Assembly (NCBI GenBank): GCA_051362555.1
Contig: CM120644.1
Span: 16,018,534 to 16,082,533 of the forward strand
Origin: Lingula anatina
Lineage: Eukaryota; Animalia; Brachiopoda
Reading direction: 5' to 3'
Length of the DNA: 64,000 nt
The position numbers and the translations under genes are program-made. Under the pieces are notes generated by a model, which made no database searches, was not told where the DNA came from, and was given only the letters and a program-made list of their open reading frames with translations. Each line of letters opens with the position of its first letter. Position 1 is the stretch's first letter. Below are positions 51,063 to 64,000 of this stretch, piece by piece.

Positions 51063-51579
51063 AAAAAGAAACTGTGACCTTAAACAGAATCCCCCATGAT
51101 AGAGAGTCCATTTCCCATTAATTTGCACAGGTAAGCCTCACCCTAGATTTTGACCCACTTACGGAAAGCTAACCCTACCCTGTATAATTAAAAAAGAGGG
51201 CGGACTCTCTATTACACAGATGCTCAGTTTCGTCACACTTCACATGGTACAAAAAAGAATCCCATTCGCTGTGTTATGCATTTAAAAAAGTGTTCAAATT
51301 GTTGTTTACCTCCAATATTTTGATGTCCATCTACTTACATCTTAACTAGGCAATGAGGCTTTCCAGGTGAATAATCTCTACCTAGGTGTTAAGAAGTATG
51401 TGGCAGTACATGCTGATAGTGGTGGTGGTGGTGGTGGTGGTGGTGGTGGTGGGGGGGGGGGGGGAAGTTGGCCCCAAAACAGTTCCACAATTACAAAGTT
51501 AAGTATGACCAAAAAGAGTCCAAAATTCCCAACACAACATATGTCTTAGTTCATATGTCATAGTTCATTTTTATAGAGG

Positions 51580-51655
<76 letters not shown>

Positions 51656-52293
51656 CAGCTATAAAAAGTGCTGGGCATAACCTAAGTCCCCCCCCCAAAA
51701 AAAAAAAATTAAATAAATAAATTTTAACATTAATAAAATATGTGACCTATATTTACAGAAAAAAATTAAATAATAAAAATAACATAGCTTAATTACCAGT
51801 AATTTAATTATTTTCACTCTAAAACACATACCAATAAAAGAGACCTGACCACAAAACAGCCCTGACCACAGTATGGTATGCTGCGGCAGTGATCAGCCAA
51901 GCATACCTTAACCTTAACCTATAAATATCAGCCCATCTTCTGTATACCGCATGTGGTCATTTGTTCCAAGGGCAATTCCCTAAAAAAAAATCGATGGCAA
52001 AGAAGGCAGCAGGCAGTGTTCAGGATGACCCGATAAGGTTGAACAAATGAATGCATGAATAAAAACCAAGATGCCTTTGGGAATATAAAAAAGGCAAAAT
52101 CTCTAGGTACATGTATATTGACTGGGACCATTTGTTACTTAGCGACGAACTTGGACTCTCTAAGGAATGAATGTTTTTTGCCATCTTGTAGAATTAATAT
52201 CAAGAATACATATAAATGAATGCTGTAAAATTCAACCTTAAGTATAACAAATTTGATTTTTTTTTACATACTAGTATATGAACTCTCTCTGCT

Positions 52294-52341
<48 letters not shown>

Positions 52342-55300
52342 AAGAAAGTGAAGAAGGCAAAGGAAAATATACCCTATTCTTTCCTGTCCAATTATGCTGA
52401 AGCCACTAAATATATATATCATACTATAATAAAATAAATTATATACTGATATGAAGTTGAAAAATATATTAACTAAATTTCATACTTTAAACTAAAGCTC
52501 AATTACTGCTGAAAATACTTCACAGAAATATTCCCTTACTCTACTATATGCAGTGCATTGTTTCCAATGCAATTCAAAGTAATTTTTCTTTTCACATTAC
52601 GGTATCTCATGTATTATTCCAGCGGGTCTTCTTTATAAATGAACCTTGGTTTTTAAAACGCAAAATGGTAATCAAGCATCAGTTTCAGTCATTATCTCTA
52701 TGGGATAGTGATTTAAGTGATCTTAAGAGATTAAAGCAAAAAAAAAAAAACTTTTTTAGAAAAAAACCAGGGACTAACTTTGAATGTAAAAATGGATTCA
52801 ATAACCATCGGTAAGTATGGAAAAATTGTTGTTTACTCCAGAAAAATTCATTTTTTTTTGGGGGGGGGCAAGATGAAGAGTCATTATCCCTTTAAGTGTT
52901 GAAAGCTATTTATAAAAATTAAATCCATTCCCTCCTGAGGACAAATTTTCTGAACGGCAGTGCAACCATGCAAGGTACATAAAAACTAATCAGATGAAGT
53001 GTACATAAAATGAACACCTACAATCTAGCTACCATCGAGATCTAAACGACAAATTAATTCATAGTTATTGTAGTGTAGGGGTACTTCAACAGGCATTAAG
53101 TGGACAACAATCCAATTTATATATTAATTATTTAGTAAAAGCACTCCTACCTAACCATACATCCTATGATTAAATTGGCAGAAGAAATAGAAACATTATT
53201 TTTGTTATCAAATTTATCTAAGTCATCATTTCAGACTCCATAATTACATGCTCAAAAGAACTTATTTTCTAGCAAATCATATGCATTCACTTCACTTTCA
53301 TTGTAAAAATTAAGCTGTAGCCCCAAAAAATTTAGGGGAAGTACACGAAAAAAAATCTTACACAAAATATTCACTGGTCACAGTAGAGGCAATAATGTGA
53401 AAAACCCAAAATGAGACCTTTTAGCACATTGCGGAAATCTGCGGGAGATGGGGTTAATTTTATAAGAAATTTACACCTTGCACAACAATCCCAGGTTACT
53501 ATGATACCTAGAATATCAGACTTTAACTATTTACCATTTGTTAATATTAAATGTCACAGTATTCAATGTTAGACAATGTATTATAAGAAGTCTTATGTAT
53601 GTAAAGGTTGCTTATTATAGATTAACATATGTCCCTATTGTAAAATATTGCTAAGGCACACCCTTTTGTAAGAATATTCTAGAACCAATAAATATTATTA
53701 TTATTATTTTTTATTATTATGTATCTGCAAGGCACACGTCTATAGGGCAACAGAAACATACCAGAATATGTTCATTAAACCCAATCGTACCAGGCCTTAT
53801 TTTCACCTTCATTTCCTTCTGAGAAATGATCTTCAATGAACAAATTCAGTGGATGTGAGTTATAGAGTGCCATCTGACCCGATTGACCCAGAAACCTTTT
53901 TTACCCTCACATAAGGGCAGGCATGTCCTTAAGAACAAGGTCAAGTCAAAGGTCAAACAGCTATCAATATCATTGAATGGCTTCATAAAAGTACGTCAAC
54001 TTATGTTACATGTATAAGCACAGATATAAAAAATGTATTTTCATTTTCTTTGTCTCCTTGACAGTGTTTTGGACTACTATTATAACCATCAAATTTAAGT
54101 TAAAAATAAATATTCTTAATCTTCTTCTCATTATTATTATTATTATTACTGTATCCTATATGCACCATAAAACTGACAAAACACATAATAAACTTTCATA
54201 AAAGGACAGCACCTGTTTCCTACTGTAAGATCTTTTTATGGTATACATACTACAATCATGTATATGGATTGAACATGTATCATATGTATAGTACTGGATC
54301 ATTTAGGATCAATTCTAATGGTTTTAATGTGACATAATCCAGCTGGCCACGTTAACAGTGACAGACATCACAAACAGTGTTGTAATTTTCTTCCTAAACA
54401 TGACCGATTCTTTTGCAGATTTCACAAACTATTTCTTTGCTGTTAAAGGTCATACACTGTATTATTGGACAAATTCCCTTATAAATCCATGGAAAAATGA
54501 AATATAACAAGAAAACTCAATGATGACAGCAAAGAACTGGAACGAATGCATTCATTCACTGTTCTTCAGAGTAATTATGGAGAAAAAAAAATCAGGTTCT
54601 CACTCTTCAAATCAATGAAGCAAAAAATTAAGGTATCTATATGACAATTCTATCTTCTTCAAGCAAATCAAATAGAAAATTAAGGTTGTCTATCAATAAT
54701 TAACCAATATGCACTGATTGACCGAATGCCATATGTAGCATATGCTTATGTCTACCCATATGCCTCGAAGACACAGCTACCGCCAGACAAAGGACTGTCA
54801 GATGCATGCATTGCATATTAGACCTTTATGGCCTCGTTAAACACATACAATTCGTGAGACCTTTTACAAAAATCCTGAAAATTACAGCAATTTTCCCAAG
54901 GCATACTCTATGCAAAACAGGGAGTAAAAATAACAATCAATAAGCCTACAGGCATTTTTGGGTTTTAAATTTCCTATCATTTCTATCATCAGTTAAAGTC
55001 ACAAGTTACTGTATATATGTCCACCTCCAATTTAAAATTGGCTGAAACATTTGAAACTTAGATCTCAAAAACAGTTTTAAAGATCACAGATTTGTCAACA
55101 GTTCTGGAAGTGGTGGATCTTGAGGATAAACTATATTACAAAGAATTTCCTTTCTTTTAACACTCAAAAAACATGTCTTTGAATAGAACCTACGTACTAG
55201 TATCCCCGACATCTGAATTGCACTGACATATCTCATTATTCATCTATATTCGTATCAAATCATATCGGATGTTGGCTTGAAACTAGCTCATCTTGCTACC

Positions 55301-56593
55301 TTCTGAAAACCAGGAGATGCCCTTCATTTGACGGAGGAAACATAGAAGTACGGTAATTTCTCAATCTTTTCGATGGGGAATATTGTGATTTTTACAGAAA
55401 CTGTACTTTCATCTTTAAAGTCATAATTTCTTAAAATGAGAGCATTCCTTTCAAATGGTAGCAACAAAATTATAAAGCAGGTTACCCTTTTGTTTTTTTC
55501 TATGCAGTCGAAGTACCGCAAATGCAGTACAGAACTATAATTTTTTTTGTCATTATGAAATTATGAAAGTTTGATAATTTTTTGCCCGCTGAAAAGACAG
55601 AGTTTTTACTGTATATTAATAGGGACTCCCCTTTGTGTTAACTTACCTGGGCAATACACACTATGGCAATGACTCGATCATTTCAAATGGAAAAATAGTT
55701 AAGTTTACAAATTATATCTGTATTTTATTCCACTAATAAATTTTTAAGATTAGAACATTCCCTTTGAGAGGAAGCGACCCAAATGAAAAGCAGACTACCT
55801 AATATTACTATGCTATACACTAAAAGCACCAAAATGCTTGACAGAAATGTATTTTTCATGATTCCAAAAATTATGTATCTGAAATTTTAGTAATTTTTTC
55901 CCAGTTGAAATGATTCAGCCATTATCATAAGTTTCGGAAGTCGCTGGAAACTCTTCTTGACTATCAGTGACAAATGTCAATTCATATTTCACAATAAATA
56001 CATTGAAAACAACTTGTAGAAAAATAATAAAGTCCATTTAACCACCAAAACAGCAGTTATTGCAATTACTCTGAAACCTGTGCTTGCCATCAGACCACCT
56101 GACCTTCATAAATGATATAATCTCCATAAAAATCCCTTAAGAGATTATGACCCCCCCCCAAAAAAAAAAAAAAAAAAAGCATTGACTACCTTCAAATATC
56201 TTTATTGATTCATTAACAATTGGTTACTATGGAAAAAAGGTCATTTTCCACAGGAAAATCCCTTTATTGCCCAAAATGAACAGTCGTTATCCCTTTAAGG
56301 ATAGCCTAGCTCACCTTATACAATGACTCTAACATGCAAAGACTAGGTCAGGGACTTCAACCCGTTCAACCGCAAACATCACAATTAAGTGGCTACCATT
56401 AAGTGGTGTGACTGACCTCAGGAATAAAGATTACTCAATTCAAAATTGGTCTTGATTTGTGGTATGCGGTGTACCTTGGGTGTAGGCTTTAGCACATGCC
56501 ACATGCATATGTTCATATGTGCATGAACATTATCTCACGATCAATTACAAGTAAGCTGTGTGTGTGTGTGTATGTGTGTGCGTGTACGTGTTT

Positions 56594-56624
<31 letters not shown>

Positions 56625-59600
56625 TGTAAGGAAGTTTACCTCAACTGTAACGAGTGAGATAGGTGCATACTTATGTATACGTACTAATGTATGTACAAGT
56701 CTACATAGTTGTCTACATGTGTATTTTTAAGTTAAAGTGAGAACACTGATGTGTATGTATCATCAATCAGCCTTACCTCATTCAATAATTGAACACATCC
56801 ACATTACACATAATTAGGCCTTCCACGTCTTATAAGCAAATGTATATCAATTAACTGATTGCATGATAATGTACCACAAGTTATTCCAATTTCACATATA
56901 TATCATGCCCTGTCCCATTCAAGATTCACTGTATAAACTGTGACATGTGATGCACGAAGTCTGTGTTCTTGGTGTGTTGCATATTTTCTGCGCTGTATAC
57001 TCAATAAAACAGTTCACCTACCTGGCTTTCAACACATGTACAACATTATGCTACGCCGTGTGAATGACCTGAATATGAAAGCATCTGCACTTGGCACATG
57101 CATCCGTAACCTCGCTGAGATCACGCTTAGGATCCCGCACATAAAGCTCACCACAACTCCCAGTTTAGTTACAAGTAACCATAAATTTGCCCGAGACTGG
57201 GTTTTTTTTCACCATACACTAGGAAGTCTGTAACAAAATATGTTACGCTCCCCAGTGTGAGTAACCTTGACAGACGGCACACGGATCACATATTCTGTCA
57301 TATTACCAAGTCCATCAAATTTCCATTCCCATTGAGAAAAATGCTAGATGGAATGAATTAATATCAGTCAGCCAATCGAAAAATTCACTACAAGTCTGTT
57401 AAGTGTGTCCAAAAGCCTAAGCAGAAGTACTGTCATTATTATCTCATATATTCAGTGTATTTACATGTCAAAAGAAATTATAGTAACCGAAGGCATCTTT
57501 TTGCCTGAGATATTTTATCCTGTCAGCTACAAAGGTTACATAAATGTCAGATATGTTATTTTGAACAGAGAACACATTTAGATCAACGTCTTGCATTTTC
57601 TTCTTTCATCTTTTCCACTGCTTAATTATACACCGTACCAATTCATTTAAATTTGACAAAAAAAATGAGAAGTATTTGATTAGGTGTATTAAGCAGTAAT
57701 GATTTTCAATTTATCCCTAAATGACTTGGATGAAAATCAATGGAATCTACTCCACTGTGACCAAATAAAAAAAGTAACACACTGAATGTGAAGTATGCAA
57801 AAATACACAGCAAACTGATTGCATTACATCATGCATGCAGGGGGCACAGCACAGTCAAGTAATGTAAGGTGTACAGCTTTAACAGAATAACTGTTTCTGA
57901 ATTTAATTTGATTAAATACTAAATTCTCATGTTCAAAAATGTATATATTATCATTTTTAATTGCATTTATCACAGAAAATCCATATCATTATTTTAAGGT
58001 TAAAACAGCATTTGCTCAATATATTTTTGAACGTCAGCATAAATTAATAATGGGCTGAAAAAGTTATTGCATGTACCAGCACCATATGTTTGATAGAGAG
58101 AAGCAAGGTGGAACAATGGGCTTACTTATGTTAGAAAAATGTGACTCAAAGATGCATTTGAAGAATTAACAAATACCATCATTCCATATTTCCCAAAAAA
58201 ATGATATTTGAACGGATATTTTCTGTTTCTTTCTTTGCATTGTATAGTCCTAGATCGTTTTCAGCAACTCGTTTGAATTATTGTGCTATTGCAGGTGCAG
58301 CAATAAAATTGGCCATACATTACTACAGTTACTTCATCTAGAAAATTTTTATAAACTGGAGGAATAGATAAGTAGGTCAAATTTGCATCCAGAAATTTGA
58401 AGAAAGTGCACCTTTAAAGCTCTCTTATGGTTGATCGCGTGATTAATTTGCTTTATCCCCTGGCATGCTGAATTTATTCGAGTTGCATGACAAACTAGTC
58501 ATGTGGTTTTTATGCATTATAGGGAATCCACTTGTTTGATTAGAAAAGTGAAAAAAAACATTGTATCAAAATGTAAGGGAAGCTTATACAATGATTCATT
58601 AATGATTCATTATTAGGCAAAAATTACTCTTTTCTGGAGAAAAAAATTAATTTGGATAGGATACTACCAAACCATGCTTCAGAAAATTGATTGTCACCCA
58701 GACTTACCCTAACAATATATAGCACAAATGTACAAATATGTGTTCTCATATACCGCAATTTTGCCTTGTGCGTTTTAACTCATGATCAATACAGTCTGAC
58801 ATGATTTTGGGTTGCAAAATAAAAAGGAGGCTTTGCATCCTTTCTTGAAGGTGTGAGAGCAGGGTTTTTAGGCCATTTTAACACCCAAAAAAAAGTTGGA
58901 TTTCAGACTTAAATCTTAAGATAAAAAAAAAGAAGAAAAAGACATGTCTGCATGATATCTTATAATCATTAATCTGGCTAAGTTTAAACTCTATCTATAC
59001 CACAATGAATAGCTAGTCAGAACAAAAGGCATAGACATCTTGCACCTACGTTTGTCATGCATGATTGCGAGATGCATCACACCTGGGTCCTCTGTTCTTG
59101 ATAGCTATTAACCAATTGAATACAGCACTTGTTAGAAAGGTACCTGTATATACATGTATACAGCATCCATGCGTGTATAATTCACATTTGTGTACATCAC
59201 ACATATTGCACTAAAGTCAGTGACTCGAGGTCTATTATGTAAAGCACTATAGACAATTGATGACCCACATACGCTAACTGCTGGTGTTAGACAACAATAC
59301 TATAGCTAAACATTGTCTATTTTTATTTTATTTTTTTTTATTTTGCAGTTGTTTTAAAAAGGGTGAATCGCCAGAGTACAAGAGACTAAATTCTGCTTGC
59401 TTCAATCCCTAACTGTCTGAAATAAAAAGCATGGAAAAAAAAAGCTTGTCCATGGGAACAATGGGTTTCAAGCAACAGGGATAATAAATAAAATGCCAAG
59501 CGCTCTGTGGAGTTCAGGATGTGACCTTCATGAGGCCATCAAATAATTTCTGTTCAGAACGACTCAGTCCAATTCACATAAAGATTTCCTTTTCCTTAGA

Positions 59601-61197
59601 GAGACAATGTCTCGTAAATGTGTCGATATCCATGGCAACCACATATAAAATCTCAAGTCTGGCTGCTACCTAAGGGATATCATCTTCTAGACCCGATACC
59701 AAACACAATTAATTTTCAGTGCTTTCACCTGACAAGGATTATTTCCAAGAACTGACAAAGTGAACAGGTTTCATGATGAGAAACAGGCTTTTGTGAGTGC
59801 TTAATTTAATTAACCTTGTTAAAGAGCTTGATGTAAAAGCAGACAGCATGGAAATTTTCCATTTTTCTTCAAATGCAACACTAATTATAGCTTTTTACTA
59901 TTTCATGATTTAGTATTTCTAGTTAGGAAGATGAAATTTCGGACCAAATATAATTTTCTTTTCAGAAAAAAAGAATCAACAATTTTTAGTCTTACCATCA
60001 CAACAGATGCACATTTAGGAGAAAGTTTACTTAATGATTCATTTTGTTCAAATATAACAAGCAATAACTGCAGTTAAACAATGCTCATGATTGGATTAGG
60101 GGGGATTTATTACTGAAACATCAATGAACCAATGATTTAGTACAGTACATGACACAAACAGTTACATGCACTCATAACGTAGACATGGATCATTATAGTC
60201 AATTAAATTGCTCACTGGCTTTGGTCTCAGTGGAACACCTCACACACCAACTTTTCATTTACGTGTCATCCTCGTTCACCGACAAAGAGAGTATTATTGA
60301 TGAGTTTTAGCGGAACGTGATGCAAGAAATATAGTATATTAGGAGATATCACTGGTCAGAGCAAATGAGGAGTAAGAAAGAGAGAAAGTGAAATTAATAT
60401 GACACCTTTTGGGTGCAAAATATTAGAAATGCATGTATTTTGTGTTCATGCAGTCTCAAGCTCCTTCTATCATTTTAAATGCCATCTTTCTCTCAGGTAT
60501 GGTAACAGGGTGCAATTTTAAGTCTCTCTAGTCTCAGGAATAAAAATGAGGAAGGAAAAAGCCACGTATACTGAGTTGTGTTCATTGTTCAAGCTAAAAA
60601 AAAAATCCTGTTTTATTGCCACTAAAACAGTAACTTCTCACATCCATTGGTACATATGTATCTTCACTGCATAAAACACTAACTACTCTACATGGCTTTT
60701 TGGGCCCTTTTACCATTACATTCACTTCCATTGGTTTTTACTGACAAAAAACAGCTTGTTTTCAAGATACCCATTTCCAGTTTTCAACTAATGCCTTTTC
60801 ATTTTACATTTTCATGTTAGATCGATCAAGCTAGTACTATGGGTTTATCTGAATGCTCCCTTATAAGCAAACAAGTAGTATTATTAGGGAAGACATAAAC
60901 AACTGGAAAAGTACACTTAGTGCAGACATTCGTTCTAAATGCAACATTTCACATGTAAATAGCATCAGAATCTGTACTTTAATCACTACCCTGTCAGTGT
61001 CTTGTGTACTTTTGAAATATACTTTAATATTCCACTAACTTCATGCTCCTCACTTCTCTCACTTATCAATGCTGTGTTCTATCTTCAATATACAAAATCT
61101 ACAAATTCAACAAACTATCCAATTTTTCCTAGTACAAAAATCAAATTTTTCATGGACATGTTGAAACATTAGTCTATACCTTTGCCATATATACAGT

Positions 61198-61420
61198 GAG
61201 GGCGTATTCAGATTCACACATAGTACTAGCTAGATCGGTCTAACTCTGTGGGAAATTCTTGCTAAAATGTAATCAGTGGACTCAGCTTTATCAGCACAGC
61301 ATAGTTAATTACCCCCTAGCTACTGGAGAAGGCATGTCAGATAATTAAGCTGATTAGCGAGAATGTGCCAGAGTGGGACTGATCTAGCTTGTGCTAAGTG
61401 TGAATCTGAATGTGGACTTA
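61198..61420. mobile_element. Foldback MITE
   Basis: ATTCAGATTCACACATAGTACTAGCTAGATCGGTC is imperfectly inverted as GACTGATCTAGCTTGTGCTAAGTGTGAATCTGAAT. Confidence 0.7.
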
Positions 61421-63758
61421 TATGCCTATAAGAGTATAAGCAACCTATAAGCCGCAGCCGTTACAGATCTCTATGCGCATAACAGAGGGAGAGTTATGAT
61501 AAATGTCATTTCACAAAAAAAAAAAAAAAAAAAAAAAAAAGGAAAAAAAATGAACAACACGTTGCCTTGCCATTTATCATCATACTACTATAGGTAGTAC
61601 TTTTAACAAACGCTTTCCCTGCTTTGTTGTTCACGCTGCATAATCCAAAAACATCTGCACGGACAAAATGTTAAAGTCAAGGAATTACAAAATTTAATAT
61701 TTATGTCACATCAGCCATAAGTTACTGAGTGAAAAAGGATGTTAACTCGATGTTTAGCGTACTTTCATATTAATTCTACATCAGCCATACATTTTCTGCA
61801 TGAAACATAAGGTTTAGTAAAAAATATAGGTGCTTGTACTCATATTTTTAATTGACCTATTTAATATTAAAAAATATGTTAATTCTACATCAGCCATAAA
61901 TTTTTGCATGGTTAAAATGGAGTGGGGAACCATTGTCTAATGGATTTTTTCTATTAAATAAAAAAAAGATGCAGAAAAAGAGGATTCCCTCAAAATCATG
62001 CGCAGTCACGCTTGTTAACCAACTTTTCAATTTTGCCTAGCCTAAGCTGAAATTTTAAGTGCTAACTCATAAATCAAGGCACTGTCTATATACATTCAAG
62101 TTAATATCAGGGCCAAAACCAACATAACCAGTGATTTTACTTAACTCACTAACACACTTAAAATAAAAACTTACCTCACTCCTTGAAACCTGTCATATTT
62201 CTGATACTTTTGATGTTACTTCAGTGCACACAGCTTTTAGTATAATTCGTATCAGCTTTAAGTAATCATCCAAGATTCATATGAATTCACATGTATGACA
62301 GTGCAGTTATTTACTAGGCCAATGGAATGATATATTGCATGTTGTCTACCTCTATTGCCTAACTACAAATTCAAAAGCATAGGCGGCCTAGATCTCCCCT
62401 CGGCGATCAAATCGCTACACGATTTTTGTCATTATGGGACAATTTGATGAATGAAATAATATTACTTCATAAAAGTTTGATTTGATTGCCTGCAGGATAT
62501 TTCTCTTATTTTGCCAATGTCATTCACCTTGAATAATCATCTGTTCAAATTTAAGGCATGAACACAAATGGTCTTTCTTTTTTCATTTACAGTCAACCAG
62601 CAAAATTAATAGTCATATCATGTCATATGGAGCAATTCATTTTTTGATGGCTGAACATGATATATATGTAAAATGCAATTAAACTAAACTAAGAACATAA
62701 GAGTTCAGATGTAGATGGTATAGTAAAGTTCAGAGAGAGAGAGAGAGAGAGATCAACAACAACAAAAAAGGAAGACAGCAACGATCATTTTTTCTTTTTC
62801 AGAAAGAGCTAGACCCCCTTTGAACTGCTAGAGGTCTTCACTAAGTATTCACAATTTAATTAAAAAAAAGACGAACATAAATACAGTGATATCATTCTGA
62901 GCATACATAAATAAATACAGTAAGTGAAAAAAGATTGAAGTGAATGAATAAATGATTAAATCAATCAATCAATCAAGCAGGCAATACTAATATTCAAAGA
63001 AAATTAACCAACACACTTACTAGATCAAATCAAAATTCTTTAACATGCAGTTCCAGTCTGTTCCAGTTTTCAGTGAAATTTTTTCACGTCAAGCTTCCTC
63101 ACTTTGATTTCCTGCCAATGACTGGGGAAACTGGAAAGAAGAAGAGACAGGTTCAACCTAATGCCTACAGCTTACGATATATAGAATTCAATCAATGAAC
63201 ATGGTTTAGAATAACACAATCCAACAGTGGAAAAAATTACAATAATCTGAATACTTTCGCAAACTAAAAATGTAAATATTAGATAATTTTTAAATTAAAT
63301 ATTTGTATTTATCTATTCTCTTGCTAAATGCAAATCTGATTAACAGACAGACACGCCTCCTCTTGTTTCAAAAGTACCCATATAATCACCAGCATTTATG
63401 TGTTAATGGCACTTCTCCCATCAACAAGAAGAGGTGTTGTTTTCCCTTTAAACTCGGATCAAGTTCAGATGCAACAATACGGCATGTAAGGAAATGCAAA
63501 AAATGAACAAGCTGTCATGCATCGCCTATGATATTGATACTCGTGCCAGTTTTGTGTTGTGGCCAGTAGCATCCTCTTACTATCATTTTGGGTTGAATAC
63601 AATACTTATAAGTATTACTTCACATGCCTGTTCGAAATATGAGTTGCCATAATAATAAATGTCAAGGTTTGAAAACCCATTCTTTGACGCACAATGTGAA
63701 TGTGGCTAAGTTTCATCAGCTTTGTAATTTCAGTAGCAATTTGCAAGATTTTTTTTTT

Positions 63759-63818
<60 letters not shown>

Positions 63819-64000
63819 TAAGTCTAGGAGTTGCAATCTAACACACAAACCTAGATGCAAGCCACCTGATCAAAGAGGACCTAAAACACAGGGGCCATTC
63901 ACAATGAGCTATGTCGACTTAGCTAATGCGCACTAACTGAGGGAGACCATCATGGAATTATCAACATTGCTTTTGAAGTGGGGAGCAGCCATATTTAGTC

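Overview
AT-rich, intron-containing invertebrate (metazoan) genomic DNA, most likely lophotrochozoan (inferred from the nuclear receptor sequence). I could reconstruct two spliced protein-coding genes, both on the minus strand. (1) The 5' part of a divergent GABA-B-receptor-like class C GPCR: four coding exons between 9698 and 112, continuing off the left edge. (2) An NR1H (ecdysone receptor/LXR family) nuclear receptor: six coding exons between 41770 and 28270, giving about 442 aa from the first in-exon ATG, with its 5' exon(s) probably further right. The rest is intron or intergenic DNA packed with transposons: a full-length but broken Tc1 (DD34E), three families of Helentron-like non-autonomous elements (HINEs; two carry internal tandem arrays), foldback MITEs, short elements with 5-6 bp TSDs, TTAA-flanked elements, LINE remnants and microsatellites. 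The most notable observations are a ~7-copy tandem array made of the receptor's own splice acceptor plus exon start, a ligand pocket with mixed EcR and LXR features, and a transposon-borne array of perfect AGGTCA DR1 elements between the two genes. No rRNA, tRNA or CRISPR features were found. All alignments were done by eye.
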